Under the pieces are notes generated by a model, which was not told the DNA's origin, ran no database searches, and saw nothing but the letters and a program-made list of their open reading frames with translations. This document shows positions 22,248 through 33,035 of a DNA stretch of 64,000 nt, piece after piece. The translations under genes and the position numbers were made by a program. Source of the DNA: an uncultured Acidobacteriota bacterium (lineage in GTDB: Bacteria; Acidobacteriota; Vicinamibacteria; Vicinamibacterales; 2-12-FULL-66-21); the NCBI GenBank assembly GCA_963847975.1, contig CAWKBU010000005.1, positions 4,439-68,438 on the forward strand, written 5' to 3'. Positions within the stretch are counted from its first letter, which is position 1. Each line of letters opens with the position of its first letter.

Positions 22248-23352
22248 AAGGACCGTTCACGGCCGAGCACGAGCGGCTGCGCGACGAGGTCCGGCGCTTC
22301 GTCGCGAGCGAGCTGCATCCGCACGCCGATCGTTGGGAACGCCGTGGACGGCTGCCGCGGCGCGCGCTCACGGCGTGCGCCGCGCGCGGCTGGTTCGTCG
22401 CTCGGTCCGTGGGAGCCAGGCCATCCTCGCCGAGGAGCTGCCGCGCTGCGATTCGCTCGGGCTCGCGCTGAGCGTCTTCGTGCAGGCCAACCTCATCGCG
22501 CCGATGCTCGCGCGAGCTCGGGTCACCGGCGCAAAGCGTGACTGGCTGGAGCCGCTGCTCCGCGGCCGCGCGCTCGGCGCGCTCGCCGTCAGCGAGCCGG
22601 ACGCGGGTTCGGATGTCGCGGCGCTCCGACGACGGGGCAACGCCGGGGCGCGAGCCTGATCCTCGACGGCACCAAGACCTACATCACCAACGCGGCCGCC
22701 GCGGACGTCATGATCGTGGCGGCCCGGACCGACGGCGATGGCCTGGCTGGGCTCAGCCTGGTGCTCGTGCCGCGCGCGACGCGCGGCTTGCGCGTCGAGC
22801 CCCTGCAAACGCTCGGTCTGGCGACCTCGGCGATGGGACGCCTCACGCTCGACCGGCTGCCGCGTCCCAGCCAGCAAACGTGCTCGGGCGCCCCGGCGGC
22901 GGCTTTGGCTACATCCAGCAAGCGCTCAACCGCGAGCGGCTGTTCGGCGCGTGTGGCAGCCGTGGCGTGGGCCTCGTACGCGCTGGAGCGCGCGATTGTC
23001 TGGACGAAGCGGCGCCGTGCATTCGGCCGTCCGCTCAGCCAGCCTGCAGGCGATCCGGCACCAGATCGCCGAATGCGCGATCGCGCTCGAGGCCGCACGG
23101 CAGCTGAACTACGCGACGTTCGCGCAGTGGGTCGCGGGCCGAGAAGTGTCGAAGGAGATCGCGATGATCAAGGTCTTCAGCTACGAAGCCGCGCAGCGCG
23201 TCATCGAGCGCTGCCTGCAGCTGCACGGCGGCGCCGGCTTTCTCGCCGACCACTGGACCAGCCGGTTCTACCGTGACGCGCGGGCGCTGACGATCGCCGC
23301 CGGCACGCCCGAAGTCATGAAAGAGGTGGTCGCGGCGCACCTTCGCCTATGA
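22244..23352 (+). CDS. Acyl-CoA/acyl-ACP dehydrogenase (frameshifts)
   Basis: FTAEHERLRDEVRRFV, ALAVSEPDAGSDVA, LDGTKTYITN, LNRERL, RRAFGRPL, LQLHGGAGF, YRDARALTIAAGTPEVMK. Confidence 0.88.
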
Positions 23353-24193
23353 CTGCTCCCGAGCCGCGGTTCTACAACCGGACGCGCCAGTCCGAGTCGT
23401 TGTCATGGGCGCTGCTGCGCAAGGGACGCGTGCTCGCCCTGCCCCTCTATGCCGCGCTCCGCCGCAGCGACCTCGCGCGCGAGGGATTCGATCATTCCGG
23501 CAGCCACCGCTTCGCCGACCACATCTATCGCGGCCAGCCGTCGGGCCGCGGCTGGTTCGGCACGTGGCTCGACGGGCGCCTGCTGGCCCTGCCCGCCGTC
23601 CACTCCTTCCGCAGCCGGTTCTATGCCGCGCGCGATGAGCTGTCCGCATTCCTCCAGGCGCGCGCCGGAACGCCGGGACGATCTCCACATCCTCAGCGCA
23701 CCGTGCGGCATTCCCCGCGAGCTCGTCGAGGGCCGGCGCGCGTTCGCGGCGTCGGGCCGTCCCTCGGTGGCGAACGTGACCTTCCACGGTCTCGACCTGG
23801 ACGCCGCCGTCGCTCGCGGAGGCCGTACAGTTCGCCCGCGCCGGCGGGGCCGAGCCCTTCGTGCCCCATCACGGCGACGTGTTCGCGCGCGACAGCTATC
23901 CGGAGGCAGTGGATTTCATCACCTGCACCGGCCTCGCCGAGTTCCTCGACGACGAGCGGCTGGCCGAGCTCTACCGGATCTTCTTTGACCGCCTGGCGCC
24001 CGGCGGCATCCTCGTCACGAGCGGCATGCGCCGTCGGCCGCTGGCGGACTATCTTCTCCGGCTCGCGGAAATCTCGATTCACTACCGCACGGCGCAGGAT
24101 CTCGAACGGCTCGCGCGCCAGCTGCCGTTCAAACAGGTGCGGACGCGCGTGGACAAGTTCGGGATCCAGTCCATCCTCGTGGCCGAGCGATGA
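23349..24193 (+). CDS. Class I SAM-dependent methyltransferase-like protein (frameshifts)
   Basis: HSGSHRFADHIY, ILSAPCGIPRE, GLDLD, GDVF, ITCTGLAEFLDD, LAPGGILVTS. Confidence 0.75.
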
Positions 24194-24586
24194 GCGTCCG
24201 CCTCTTCCATCGCGGTGGACGGCTGGTCATGCGCTCGAGCCGCGCCAGCCGGCAGGTGAGCACGTGGCGCGCGCTGCACGTGCGGCCGGTTGCGTGGGAG
24301 GACGTCTTCCGGCCAGCGCTCGCGCTGCTGGGGTTCACAGTCGAGAACGCGGATGGGGCGCTTCGGTTCGGGACAGGCTCGACGCGCTCGGGACAGGCCC
24401 CGCGGCGACAGCCTGAGCACCGGCAGCATCCGCTGGACGAGAGGCGCGTTCTGGACGACAATCCGCGTACAGTTGCCCGTGTGCTCTGCCAAGAAAGCTG
24501 AACTGCTGGCAGCCGCACTCCTCAAGGCCGCGCGCTATCGCAGCGCCGCGACTGATGTTCAACCCGTTCGTGCCAGGAGCGCATGA
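24190..24586 (+). CDS. Hypothetical protein in the biosynthetic operon (frameshift)
   Basis: ATGA overlap with the methyltransferase; joining ORFs 24190..24501 and 24290..24586 gives a stop overlapping the next start. Confidence 0.5.
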
Positions 24587-25026
24587 TGCCGAGTGTCCAG
24601 GAAAGCGTAGACATCGCCGCCACCCCGAGCGCCGCCTTCACGTTCGTGGCCGACCAGCCGGAGCGCGCCGCGACGTTCATCCCCGGGCTGAATCGCATCA
24701 GCAACGTCTCGCCGGCAGTGGCCGGAGTCGGGCAGGCGTGGGAGTTCGAGTTCAACTGGTTCGGCCTGGTCGTGACCGGGAACAGCCGCTGCACGCAGTA
24801 TGAAGCCACGAAGGTCTACGAGTTCAAGACCGTGACCGGCAACCCCAGCACGTGGACCTACCGCTTCGACCCCGCCGGCAGCGGCACGAAGCTGACGCTG
24901 ACGGTCGATTACGACCTGCCGCAGAATCAGCTGGCGCGCTTCGCCGCCGCTGGCGTGCTGGAACAGATGAACCGCAACCGCGCGCGGGAAATCGTCGCCA
25001 ACCTCAAGGCGTTGATCGAGCCCTGA
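24583..25026 (+). CDS. SRPBCC / polyketide cyclase-like protein
   Basis: MPSVQESVDIAATPSAAFTFVAD..WTYRFDP..GTKLTLTVDY..NLKALIE. Confidence 0.85.
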   Translation: MMPSVQESVDIAATPSAAFTFVADQPERAATFIPGLNRISNVSPAVAGVGQAWEFEFNWFGLVVTGNSRCTQYEATKVYEFKTVTGNPSTWTYRFDPAGSGTKLTLTVDYDLPQNQLARFAAAGVLEQMNRNRAREIVANLKALIEP

Positions 25027-25141
25027 TCGGCGGCGCGCGGGCGCTAGGCTGGAACCCGTCTCACAAATGCTGTCACGACTGGCGTCGCCACACATCTGGC
25101 CGTCGGCGCGTTCAGCGTTTAGCTTTGATGACAGGGGCTAA

Positions 25142-26080
25142 CTAGGGCCGTCCCACGAGCGCCCGGCGCGTGCGCACCGTGATGCCGCGCCGGAGGACTC
25201 GCACCTCCAACTCGCGCAGATCGGACGTCCGGCGGATCGGTGGATCGGCAACCGTGATCACGTAGTAGTTCGACGCCTCCCCCATGATGCGGTCGACGGC
25301 GCCGTTGAAGTCGTTGGTGTTCAGGAACGTGTGGCCGCCCGTCTCGCGGGCGAAGCCGGCCGCGCCGCTGTACGCCGGCAAGGCGCCAACACCGGCCGGC
25401 TCGATGACATAGAAGTGCGTGCCGGCGGCGGCCGTCGCGCGCATCGCCTCAGTCCATTCCGGCCGCAGGTCCCGGCCGACGATCGGATTCGGGATCGGCG
25501 TGTCGAAGAGCCTGGCCGGACCGATGCCGACGATCGTCTTGCGTCCGCCCGGCCGCTCCAGGAGTTGCTGCGAGAGCACCGCCACCGTCTTGAGGACATG
25601 CGCCCCGACATCGTCCACGCGCTGCACGCCCGAGGCCTGCAGCAAGCCGACGGCATCGATACTGCGGAGAAGGACGTTCCGGTCACCCGAGCTCTCCATC
25701 TTGTCGCCGTTGAGCGCGACGATGGCCATCTCGTCGCCGGGCGCCATGCGCTCGACGAAGCGCCGAGCGATGTCCTTGACCCTGGGGATGAGGCCCGGCG
25801 GCAGCGTCGTGTCGTCGAGCAGCAGCACCGTCAGCCGCCCGGGTTGGCCGGCACTCGACGGGTCGATGACCGTCAGCGTCTCGATCGGGACGCGGTAGCC
25901 GCCAATCCACACTTCGATATCTGACGCCCGCAGGTCCGCGACCGGCCGATCATCGCGATCGAAGGCGACCGCGCTGATATGAAGCCGCGGACCGGCGGGC
26001 GCCGGTGGCGTCTTCTGCGCGTGTGCTGGCGGAAGCGTCCAGGCCGCCGCGAGCAGGAGCAGGGCCAGCAAGCGTGTCAT
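25142..26080 (-). CDS. Acidobacterial VWA-domain protein
   Basis: DRDDRPVADLRASD, VLLLDD, GRKTIV, ARETGG..NTNDF..YYV; signal peptide. Confidence 0.85.
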   Translation of the reverse strand: MTRLLALLLLAAAWTLPPAHAQKTPPAPAGPRLHISAVAFDRDDRPVADLRASDIEVWIGGYRVPIETLTVIDPSSAGQPGRLTVLLLDDTTLPPGLIPRVKDIARRFVERMAPGDEMAIVALNGDKMESSGDRNVLLRSIDAVGLLQASGVQRVDDVGAHVLKTVAVLSQQLLERPGGRKTIVGIGPARLFDTPIPNPIVGRDLRPEWTEAMRATAAAGTHFYVIEPAGVGALPAYSGAAGFARETGGHTFLNTNDFNGAVDRIMGEASNYYVITVADPPIRRTSDLRELEVRVLRRGITVRTRRALVGRP

Positions 26081-26186
26081 GCCCCCATCCTACTCCCAAG
26101 GCGAGCGTGGCGGGCTCGACCGCGTCCAGGACTTCGGCCGCGGTATCAGAAGCAGCCGGCGCAACGCAAACGGAGAATCACGGTGC

Positions 26187-26393
26187 CACGGACAACACGG
26201 GCGTCCCGCTGACCGCCGCGCGAGGCGCGGCTGGTTGACGAGTCGAGAACCCGAGAAGGAACCCGCAGATTGAAATGGTTCCTTCTCGGGTTCTCGGCTC
26301 GTCAACGCGTGGCCCCACGGGCCACGCGTCAGCGGGCCGGCACACGGACCGGATTGGGAGCTTATCCGTGTTATCCGTGTTGTCCGTGTTGTC
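26187..26393. repeat. Nested inverted-repeat element
   Basis: 30-bp stem 26234-26263/26277-26306; 11-bp hairpin 26305-26329; outer CACGGACAACACGG / CCGTGTTGTCCGTG arms; 9-bp TTRTCCGTG tandem. Confidence 0.85.
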
Positions 26394-26412
26394 GCCTTGG
26401 TCTGTAGATTGA

Positions 26413-28620
26413 TTACCGCGGACCGCTCAGCACCGACAACACGTTCTCGAGCGCCCAGAGCTCGTTCGACGGCTGCGTGCGCGCGCCAACGCTCATCCGC
26501 GAGCCGTCCGGATTGAGATCGATGTTGAATGGGCCGAAGGGTCCAAGCGTTGGCAACCGCAGAGAACCGGTCAGGTTCGTGGAGTCGAGGCCGTCGAAGA
26601 CCGGCTGGCCACCTGCCGCTGGCACCCTCATGATCCGCCATCCGACCTTTGTCTCTTTCGCCATGGCGAACAGAAGCGACTGCCCGTCCGGCGTCCACCT
26701 CAAGAGGTCCGCCGTGCGGTTGACGGGGAAGGGACCGCACAACTGACGGAACCCGGAACCATTCACTCGGACTGCGAAGATTCGGGCCTGGCCGGTTCTG
26801 GACCTCCGCCTCATTCGCTGCCGCCATCACGGCGAGGGTCGACCCATCCGGACTAAGCGCCAGATGGCTCCAACCGCTTGGTAACCCCTGCCCCGGGAAC
26901 GTGGCTACCGGCGTTTCGGCTCCGGTGGTGATGTCCACACCGATAATCCCGGTGTAGGGGCTTCTCGGCTCCAGATCGTTCTTCACGGACATGTAGAAGG
27001 TCTTGTCGTCAAGCGAGATTGCCCGGCCACTTCGTGCGCGACCGTTGGCGTTCACCGGAAGCAACATCCTGAGACGCCCGTTTTCGCGTCGACGAAGAAG
27101 ATGGCCCCGCCGGTGCTTTGATGTGCCGACCCGCCCACGCTGACCAGAAACCCGCTACCGTCGCGAAACCACCGCGGAGAAACGTTGCTCACGTTGTCGT
27201 GCGCATACGACCGCTCCTGGCGCTATCGAGATTCCGCACGATCAGCTGGTAGCCCGCACCACCCGCTTCCCTCAGGAACGCGATGGCCTTGCCATCGAAC
27301 GACCACGACGCGGCCTCGCCTGGGAACATCTCGACGATTGACGATCCGGCCCCACGGTCGGCGATGAACACGTTCGGAGCGTTCGGAACAGCACGGAACG
27401 TGTACAAAGTACCCGAGGGCGACATCCCCAGGAGCGTCTCCAGACCAACAAGACCCGAGTGCAGAGTCGAGGGGCGGCCGACCGCCGCGCCGTCAGCGAC
27501 AGCGACTGACCACAGGGTGGAGTTCACTCCCAGATTCCCCGACAAATTGTTCCAGAACAGCAGGTGCGTCCCATCCGGGACCAAATCGGGTTCCGTTCAT
27601 GCCGGCCAAACTTGACGACATCGCGCTCGTTCTGACCGTTGACGTCGATGGTGAAGATGTGCCGGTAGTCAGCCGGGCCACTGAAAACGGTACGCGATGA
27701 ATCGTCCGTCGGGTGAAAGGCGTGGCTGGAATTGGGCCCTGCTGTGGCTCGAAGGCCTTGATGTCGTGACCTTTCCATCGGCGACGGACACCGAAAGGAG
27801 TGACGCTCGATCCCTGCTCGGATCGGCCGCCACTCCCTGGCCGACGGTCGCAAACACGGTCGTGCCGTCCTGCGACCAGTCAAACGGCGAGAGGCTCTGG
27901 CCGGCCTCACCTGCCACGAGCGTCCGAGGTTGCGCTCCCGGACGTCACGCTCACGATGTGAGAGCGAGTGACGGGGAGCTGGTGGTCACTGGCAGGGTCT
28001 GCTCGAACGTAGGCGATCTGCCTGCCGTCCGGGGAGAAGACAGGTGCATTGCCGTCGATGCCAAGCTTCGTTGCCTGCCCCGAGGCCAGATTGAGGATGA
28101 ATAGGCCGCCGACGCCCGACCCAGCCGCGAGCGTGCCATCCGCACTCAATGCGCTCACCCCTGCAGTCTGGTCCTGCATCGTCACCACCCGCCGGGGCCT
28201 GATCCCTGGCGCCTGTGGCGGAGCCGGCGTGAGCGCGGCGAGACGCGTGCGCGCCGCCGCGACGAGGTCCTTCTGATCGCCCGCGTCGCGAGCGATGTTC
28301 GCGTAGTCCTTCGTAATCTGCGCGTAGACCTGTCGCGACTCAGCCATCCTGCCAAGCTTCTCGTAGGCGCCAGCCACACGCATCAGCGCCTGCGCGGCGA
28401 TCGCCTGCTCGCTCCGGCCATATTGCGTGACGATGGCGTTGTAGTCCTTGATGGCGCCGGAGAGGTCGCCAGCGACGGTCTCCTTGTTCATGGCCGCCTG
28501 CAGGGCAGCCTCAGCCTTGCGGGTCTCGCCACTTCCCTGCCCCGCCACCATAGTCGTGAGCGCGGGTGCCGCAACGAGCGCCAGAATCGAGAGAAGCCAT
28601 CCAAATCGACGTCGTGTCAT
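26413..28620 (-). CDS. Secreted TPR + TolB/PD40 beta-propeller protein (many frameshifts)
   Basis: LQAAMNKETVAGDLSGAI...AAQALMRVAGAYEKLG, then FSPDGRQIAY, LSPDGRFIAY, WTPDG, ELWALEN. Confidence 0.78.
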
Positions 28621-28706
28621 GCCGTCCTCCATCGGACAAGCCTAGCCACGCCGCGTGCGACGGCCATTCGTGCTCGGTGTGATTTCGGTTCGATCGGCAT
28701 GGATAA

Positions 28707-29385
28707 TCAGCCGTCGAAGCGATATCCCATGCCCCGCAGGCTCACGAGAAACCGGGGCGCGTCCGGCTGCGCCTCGATCTTCCGGCGCAGGTTCATGACG
28801 TGGGTGTCGACGACGCGGTCGGTCGGCGCGCTGCCGCGGCCCCACACGTGGTCGAGCAGCTGCTCGCGCGAGAGCACCCGGCCGCGCTTCCGGATGAACG
28901 TCGTCAGCAGCGGAACTCGATGGCCGTGATGTCGACGGCGCGCACCGCCGCGCCGGACTTCGCCGCGGGTGAAGTCCACGTCGACGTCGCCGAACCGGTA
29001 GATGCTCCGGCGCGTCGCCCGCGCGGCGGCGGAGCACCGCCTTGATGCGCGCGCGCAGCTCGCGCGGGCTGAAGGGCTTCGTGACGTAGTCGTCCGCGCC
29101 GAGCTCGAGGCCCGAGCACCTTCTCGGCCTCCTGCGCTCGCGCCGTGAGCAGGATGATCGGCGTCGACATGCCGGCACGCCGCAGCTCGCGGCAGACGTC
29201 GAAATCCATCCTTCTTCGGCAGCATGACGTCGAGCAGGATGAGATCGAACGGCGCTTCCGCGCGCGCCGCGACCGCGTGCTCGCCGTCGCGCGACGACCT
29301 CGACGTCGTAGCCTTCGAGCGTCAGATCGCTCTCGAGGCCCAGCGCGATGCTCGGCTCGTCTTCGACCACCAGGATGCGTGTCAT
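28707..29385 (-). CDS. OmpR-family response regulator (frameshifts)
   Basis: [57 protein letters not shown]. Confidence 0.9.
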
Positions 29386-31422
29386 GTGCTGCTCCTCGCG
29401 GGGTGCCGATTTCCACGGCCGTGGCATGCGCCTCCGGCTTCTTCAGCAGGCAACGTGATCGTGAAGGTGGCTGCCCTCGCCGGCGTCGCTCTCGACGGTA
29501 ATGTCACCGCCATGCGCGAGGACGATCTGACGCGAGACATGGCGAGGCCGATGCCCGTGCCCTGCACGCCGAGCGTCGTGGCGGCGTCGCCCCGGACGAA
29601 CTTCTCGAAGATGCGCGAACTGTTCGGCGACCGGAATGCCGACGCCCCGATCGCGCACGCGGATACCGACGCGGCCAAGGGCTCGTGCTCGAGCGACACC
29701 CAGATCGCCCGGATCGGCGAGTACTTCACGGCGTTGTCGAGCAGGTTCCAGAGCACACAGGCCAGCGCCTCGCGATCCACGTTGGCACGGACCGCGGTGA
29801 CGTGCCCATCGACTGCGACCTCGAAACCCTGTCGCGCAGCCTCGCGCCGGAATTCGTTCACGACGTCGCGCACGAACACGTCGGCGTCAACCGGCTCGAA
29901 CTGAAACGGCAGGGCGTCGGCTTCCATCCGGCCGAACTTCAGCAGGCCTTCGACCAGCCGCTGCAGCCGCCCGCTTTCGTGCTGCAGGACCTCGTAGTAC
30001 TGCTGTCGGACGTCGTCATTGGCCGCGCGGCCCTCGGCGAGCAACTCGCGCGATCTGCCGCATCGAGGTGAGCGGCGTGCGGAACTCGTGCGACACGGCG
30101 GACACGAAATCCGACTGCAGCCGCGCGACGCGAAGCTCGCGCATGACTGAGCGGCCGATGAGGTAGCTTCCGCCGGTGACCAGGACGATCGCCGAAAGGC
30201 CCGCGATCACTATCCAACTCGTGGTGAAGGCGCCGGCCGACGGGTCACCAGCCGACGTCGCATAGACAGTCCACGGGAGCCCGGTAGCCGGTCCGAGCCG
30301 CACCGAGAAGTCACCGTCCGGCACGCCGTCGCCAGCGACAATGCGGCCGTCGGCGTCGGCGACGGCAATCCGCGTGTCAGACGGGTTTGATGCCGAAGCC
30401 AGCCGCAGACTCGACTCGACCAAGGAGGGTCGAGCCGCGAGGACAATCGTCGCCTTCAGAGCCGGGCGTTCGACGACGAGCAGAGACGAGCCGGCGACCC
30501 AGCGCGCGCCCCGGCCAGCGCCGGAGGCGTTGGTGCGCCGATCAATCCAAATCTCGCGCGCCGCCTCAGAAAGCACGAGCGGCGCCGAAGCCAAGTCGTC
30601 CGCCGTCGAGTCCGGACCTGCCGTGGTGCCGAGCCAACGGCGTGCGCTTGCCGAGTAGACGTCGTACACCGGACGCAGCACGCGCCATTTGCCGCGCTGA
30701 AGGTCAACGTCGAGCGCGCGAGCTTCGGTGACCAGTCGATCGCCCGGTGCCTGCTCCGCCAGGACGTCGCAGATGGCGGCCCGTGCGACGAGCTCCGCGG
30801 GCGCGCCGTTCGTGTCGCCGATGGGGACGTCCCCCAGCCGCGCCAGTTCCCGATAGGTCTCGATTGATTGCTGCCATTGTCCGGCCTTCCTCAGGTTGCG
30901 GGCGATGCGCAGAAGCGACTCCGCACGGACGGCTGGCGGCCCGGACGCTGCCATGGGTCGCAGCAGCGTCACCGCCTTCCCATACTCGTTGCGCTGGAAC
31001 TCCGCGGCGTCGATGGCTGCGAATGCCGCCGCGGGGACGTCCGCGGCGCGCGGCACCACCGGGTAATAGAGAAGCCGGCCGGCCGGAAAGGCGTCGACGT
31101 CGTTGGCCTGAATCACCAGCAACACGGCCTCGTCTGGCAGGGTGCGGGCATAGTCCGATGCGCGGCGGGTCAGGTCGGGCCCAGGCGCCGAGGCGAGCGC
31201 GCTCAGCTGGGCGTCGATGGATTCGAGCGTCCGCTGCAGCGAGCCAACCGCGAGCGTGACGGCACTGTCGCGCCGCTCCTGCGCCCGTTGTCTGGCCCGA
31301 TCGCGATCCTGGCGCACCAGCTGCCAACTCGACCATCCCAGCGCGGCGGCCGACACGGCCGTCACCGCGACGAAGAGCACGAGCAGGTGCCGTGGCGGCC
31401 GGATCCAGTCGCCGAGCCTCAT
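29382..31422 (-). CDS. Membrane sensor histidine kinase (frameshifts)
   Basis: Two TM segments; [15 protein letters not shown]-box; [10 protein letters not shown]; FEKF; GTGIGL. Confidence 0.9.
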
Positions 31423-31552
31423 GTGCGGGCCATTATGGTCGGGGCCGGTGCGGCCTGTCTGTGATTTGTGTCTGGTTTCGGTCTGGAACACTTCCTGCGC
31501 CTGAGGCGGCCGCCTCTCAGGCGAGACCGTCAGTCGGCGGTGCGACGGCGCC

Positions 31553-31981
31553 TCACGCGAGGGGATTGCTCCACCGCAATCCCGGAAACCGCGCGAAATC
31601 GGCGTCGGTCGAGTGCAGTTCGGCCTGGTGTTCGATCGCCAGCGCCGCCAGGTGGGCGTCAGTTGTCAGGTCGCCGGCTGTTCCGAGCGAGTCCAACAGG
31701 CGGAACAGAATCTCGGCATGTCGCGCACCAGGATCGAGGACGGTCACGGATGGCTGCGCGAGCCACGCGCGAACGTGCGCACAGGCCGTGGCCACGGGAA
31801 GGGGATTGGCGAAGATCTGTCGATGCGTGCTGACACGAATGAAGCCCAGCATCGACACCCACGGAAGCCCGACAGGCTGCGACCCGTTCAAAAGACCCTC
31901 CCACCAGGGCCGCGCGGCCTCGTGAGCAGATGACTCGCTGTTGTAGGCGTGGATCAGCAGGTTGACGTCGGGGACAATCGC
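31553..31981 (-). CDS. vapC: VapC PIN-domain toxin (expected start codon reads GCG)
   Basis: IVPDVNLLIHAYN..HEAARPWW..GFIRVST..DAHLAALAIEH..STDADFARFPGL. Confidence 0.88.
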   Translation of the reverse strand, partial: AIVPDVNLLIHAYNSESSAHEAARPWWEGLLNGSQPVGLPWVSMLGFIRVSTHRQIFANPLPVATACAHVRAWLAQPSVTVLDPGARHAEILFRLLDSLGTAGDLTTDAHLAALAIEHQAELHSTDADFARFPGLRWSNPLA

Positions 31982-32238
31982 GAGCGCAGCTTCCGGATCG
32001 CGTGCTCCACGTCGAGCTCGTCGACGAGCTGATTCATCCGGTCGAGATCGACGCCCGGCCTGACACCGAACCCGTGCGGCTGGACCTCGAAACGCGGCGC
32101 TCGAGGCGCTCTGCCTCCGATGTTGAGACCCCGGCGCAGCGCGTCGTTAATTGTGGCCTTCAGGCCCTTCCCGGTCCGCCGCATCTCCTTGGACACGCGC
32201 TCGGCCACGTCGCGGTCGAGCGTCAGCGTCGTACACAT
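31954..32238 (-). CDS. vapB: VapB-type RHH antitoxin
   Basis: MCTTLTLDRDVA..LKATINDALRRGL..FEVQPH.FG.RPGVDLD; directly upstream of vapC. Confidence 0.85.
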   Translation of the reverse strand: MCTTLTLDRDVAERVSKEMRRTGKGLKATINDALRRGLNIGGRAPRAPRFEVQPHGFGVRPGVDLDRMNQLVDELDVEHAIRKLRSRLSPTSTC

Positions 32239-32240
32239 GA

Positions 32241-32272
32241 AGACATCATGATGTCTGGTCAGAAGATGTCAA
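32241..32272 (-). promoter_or_regulatory. vapBC promoter with palindromic operator
   Basis: TTGACA (32272-32267)-N16-CATGAT; perfect palindrome AGACATCATGATGTCT at 32241-32256 covering the -10; transcript probably leaderless. Confidence 0.7.
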
Positions 32273-32357
32273 GATGCGCCGTCGGCGCATCCCGAGGTTC
32301 CTCCGCCCAAGAATCCCCGCTTGGTCCTTCGCGCCGGATCGAAGTATGGTTATTGGT

Positions 32358-32629
32358 ATGGCGACCGCCAAGCTCACGATCACGCTGGACGACGAACAGC
32401 TCGAAGAGGTCCGCAGGTTGGTGGCCGCCGGAAAGGCACGAAGCGTCTCAGGCTTCGTGAAGCACGCCGTTGGCGTGGCGCTCCACGACGCCGCGGGATG
32501 GCAGGAGATGCTCGGGAGGCACTGCGGCAGACCGGCGGTCCGCTGACGAAGAAAGAACGGGCGTGGGCGGACGGCGTCCTCTCGACCGGCGCCGCGCAAA
32601 GGCCGGAGCCGACGAGGCCAGCCGCGTGA
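32358..32629 (+). CDS. RHH antitoxin (frameshift near 32513)
   Basis: MATAKLTITLDDEQLEEVRRLVAAGKARSVSGFV...TGGPLT..ERAWAD; GTGA overlap with the PIN gene. Confidence 0.8.
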
Positions 32630-33002
32630 GCGGCGTCACGTTCGACGCCGGCGGCCTCATCGCGCTCGACCGCGACGACCGTCGCGTCCTCGCGCTCCTG
32701 GCTCGCGCCACCGAACGCGGCCTGCGCGTGACAGTTCCGGCCACCGCCCTCGCGCAGGCGATCCGCAACCCTGCCAGGCAAGCCCGCCTGGCCCGACTGA
32801 TCCGGCAGGCCAGCACCGATCTCGTGCCACTGGACGGTCCGATGCCACAGCCACCGGTCTCCTGCTGGCTTCGAGCGGCACGAGCGACATCGTCGACGCT
32901 CACGTCGTGATCTGCGCACGGAGGGCCGCGCAGATCGTGGTTACGAGCGACCCCGACGATCTCAGAAAGCTCGACCCCTCATTGCCGCTAGTCGCGGTGT
33001 GA
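32626..33002 (+). CDS. PIN-domain toxin (frameshift near 32840)
   Basis: VTFDAGGLIALDR..VPATALAQ..DIVDAHVV..VVTSDPDDL. Confidence 0.82.
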
Positions 33003-33035
33003 GTTCGGCGACCCCGAATCGAGCGCGGACGACTG

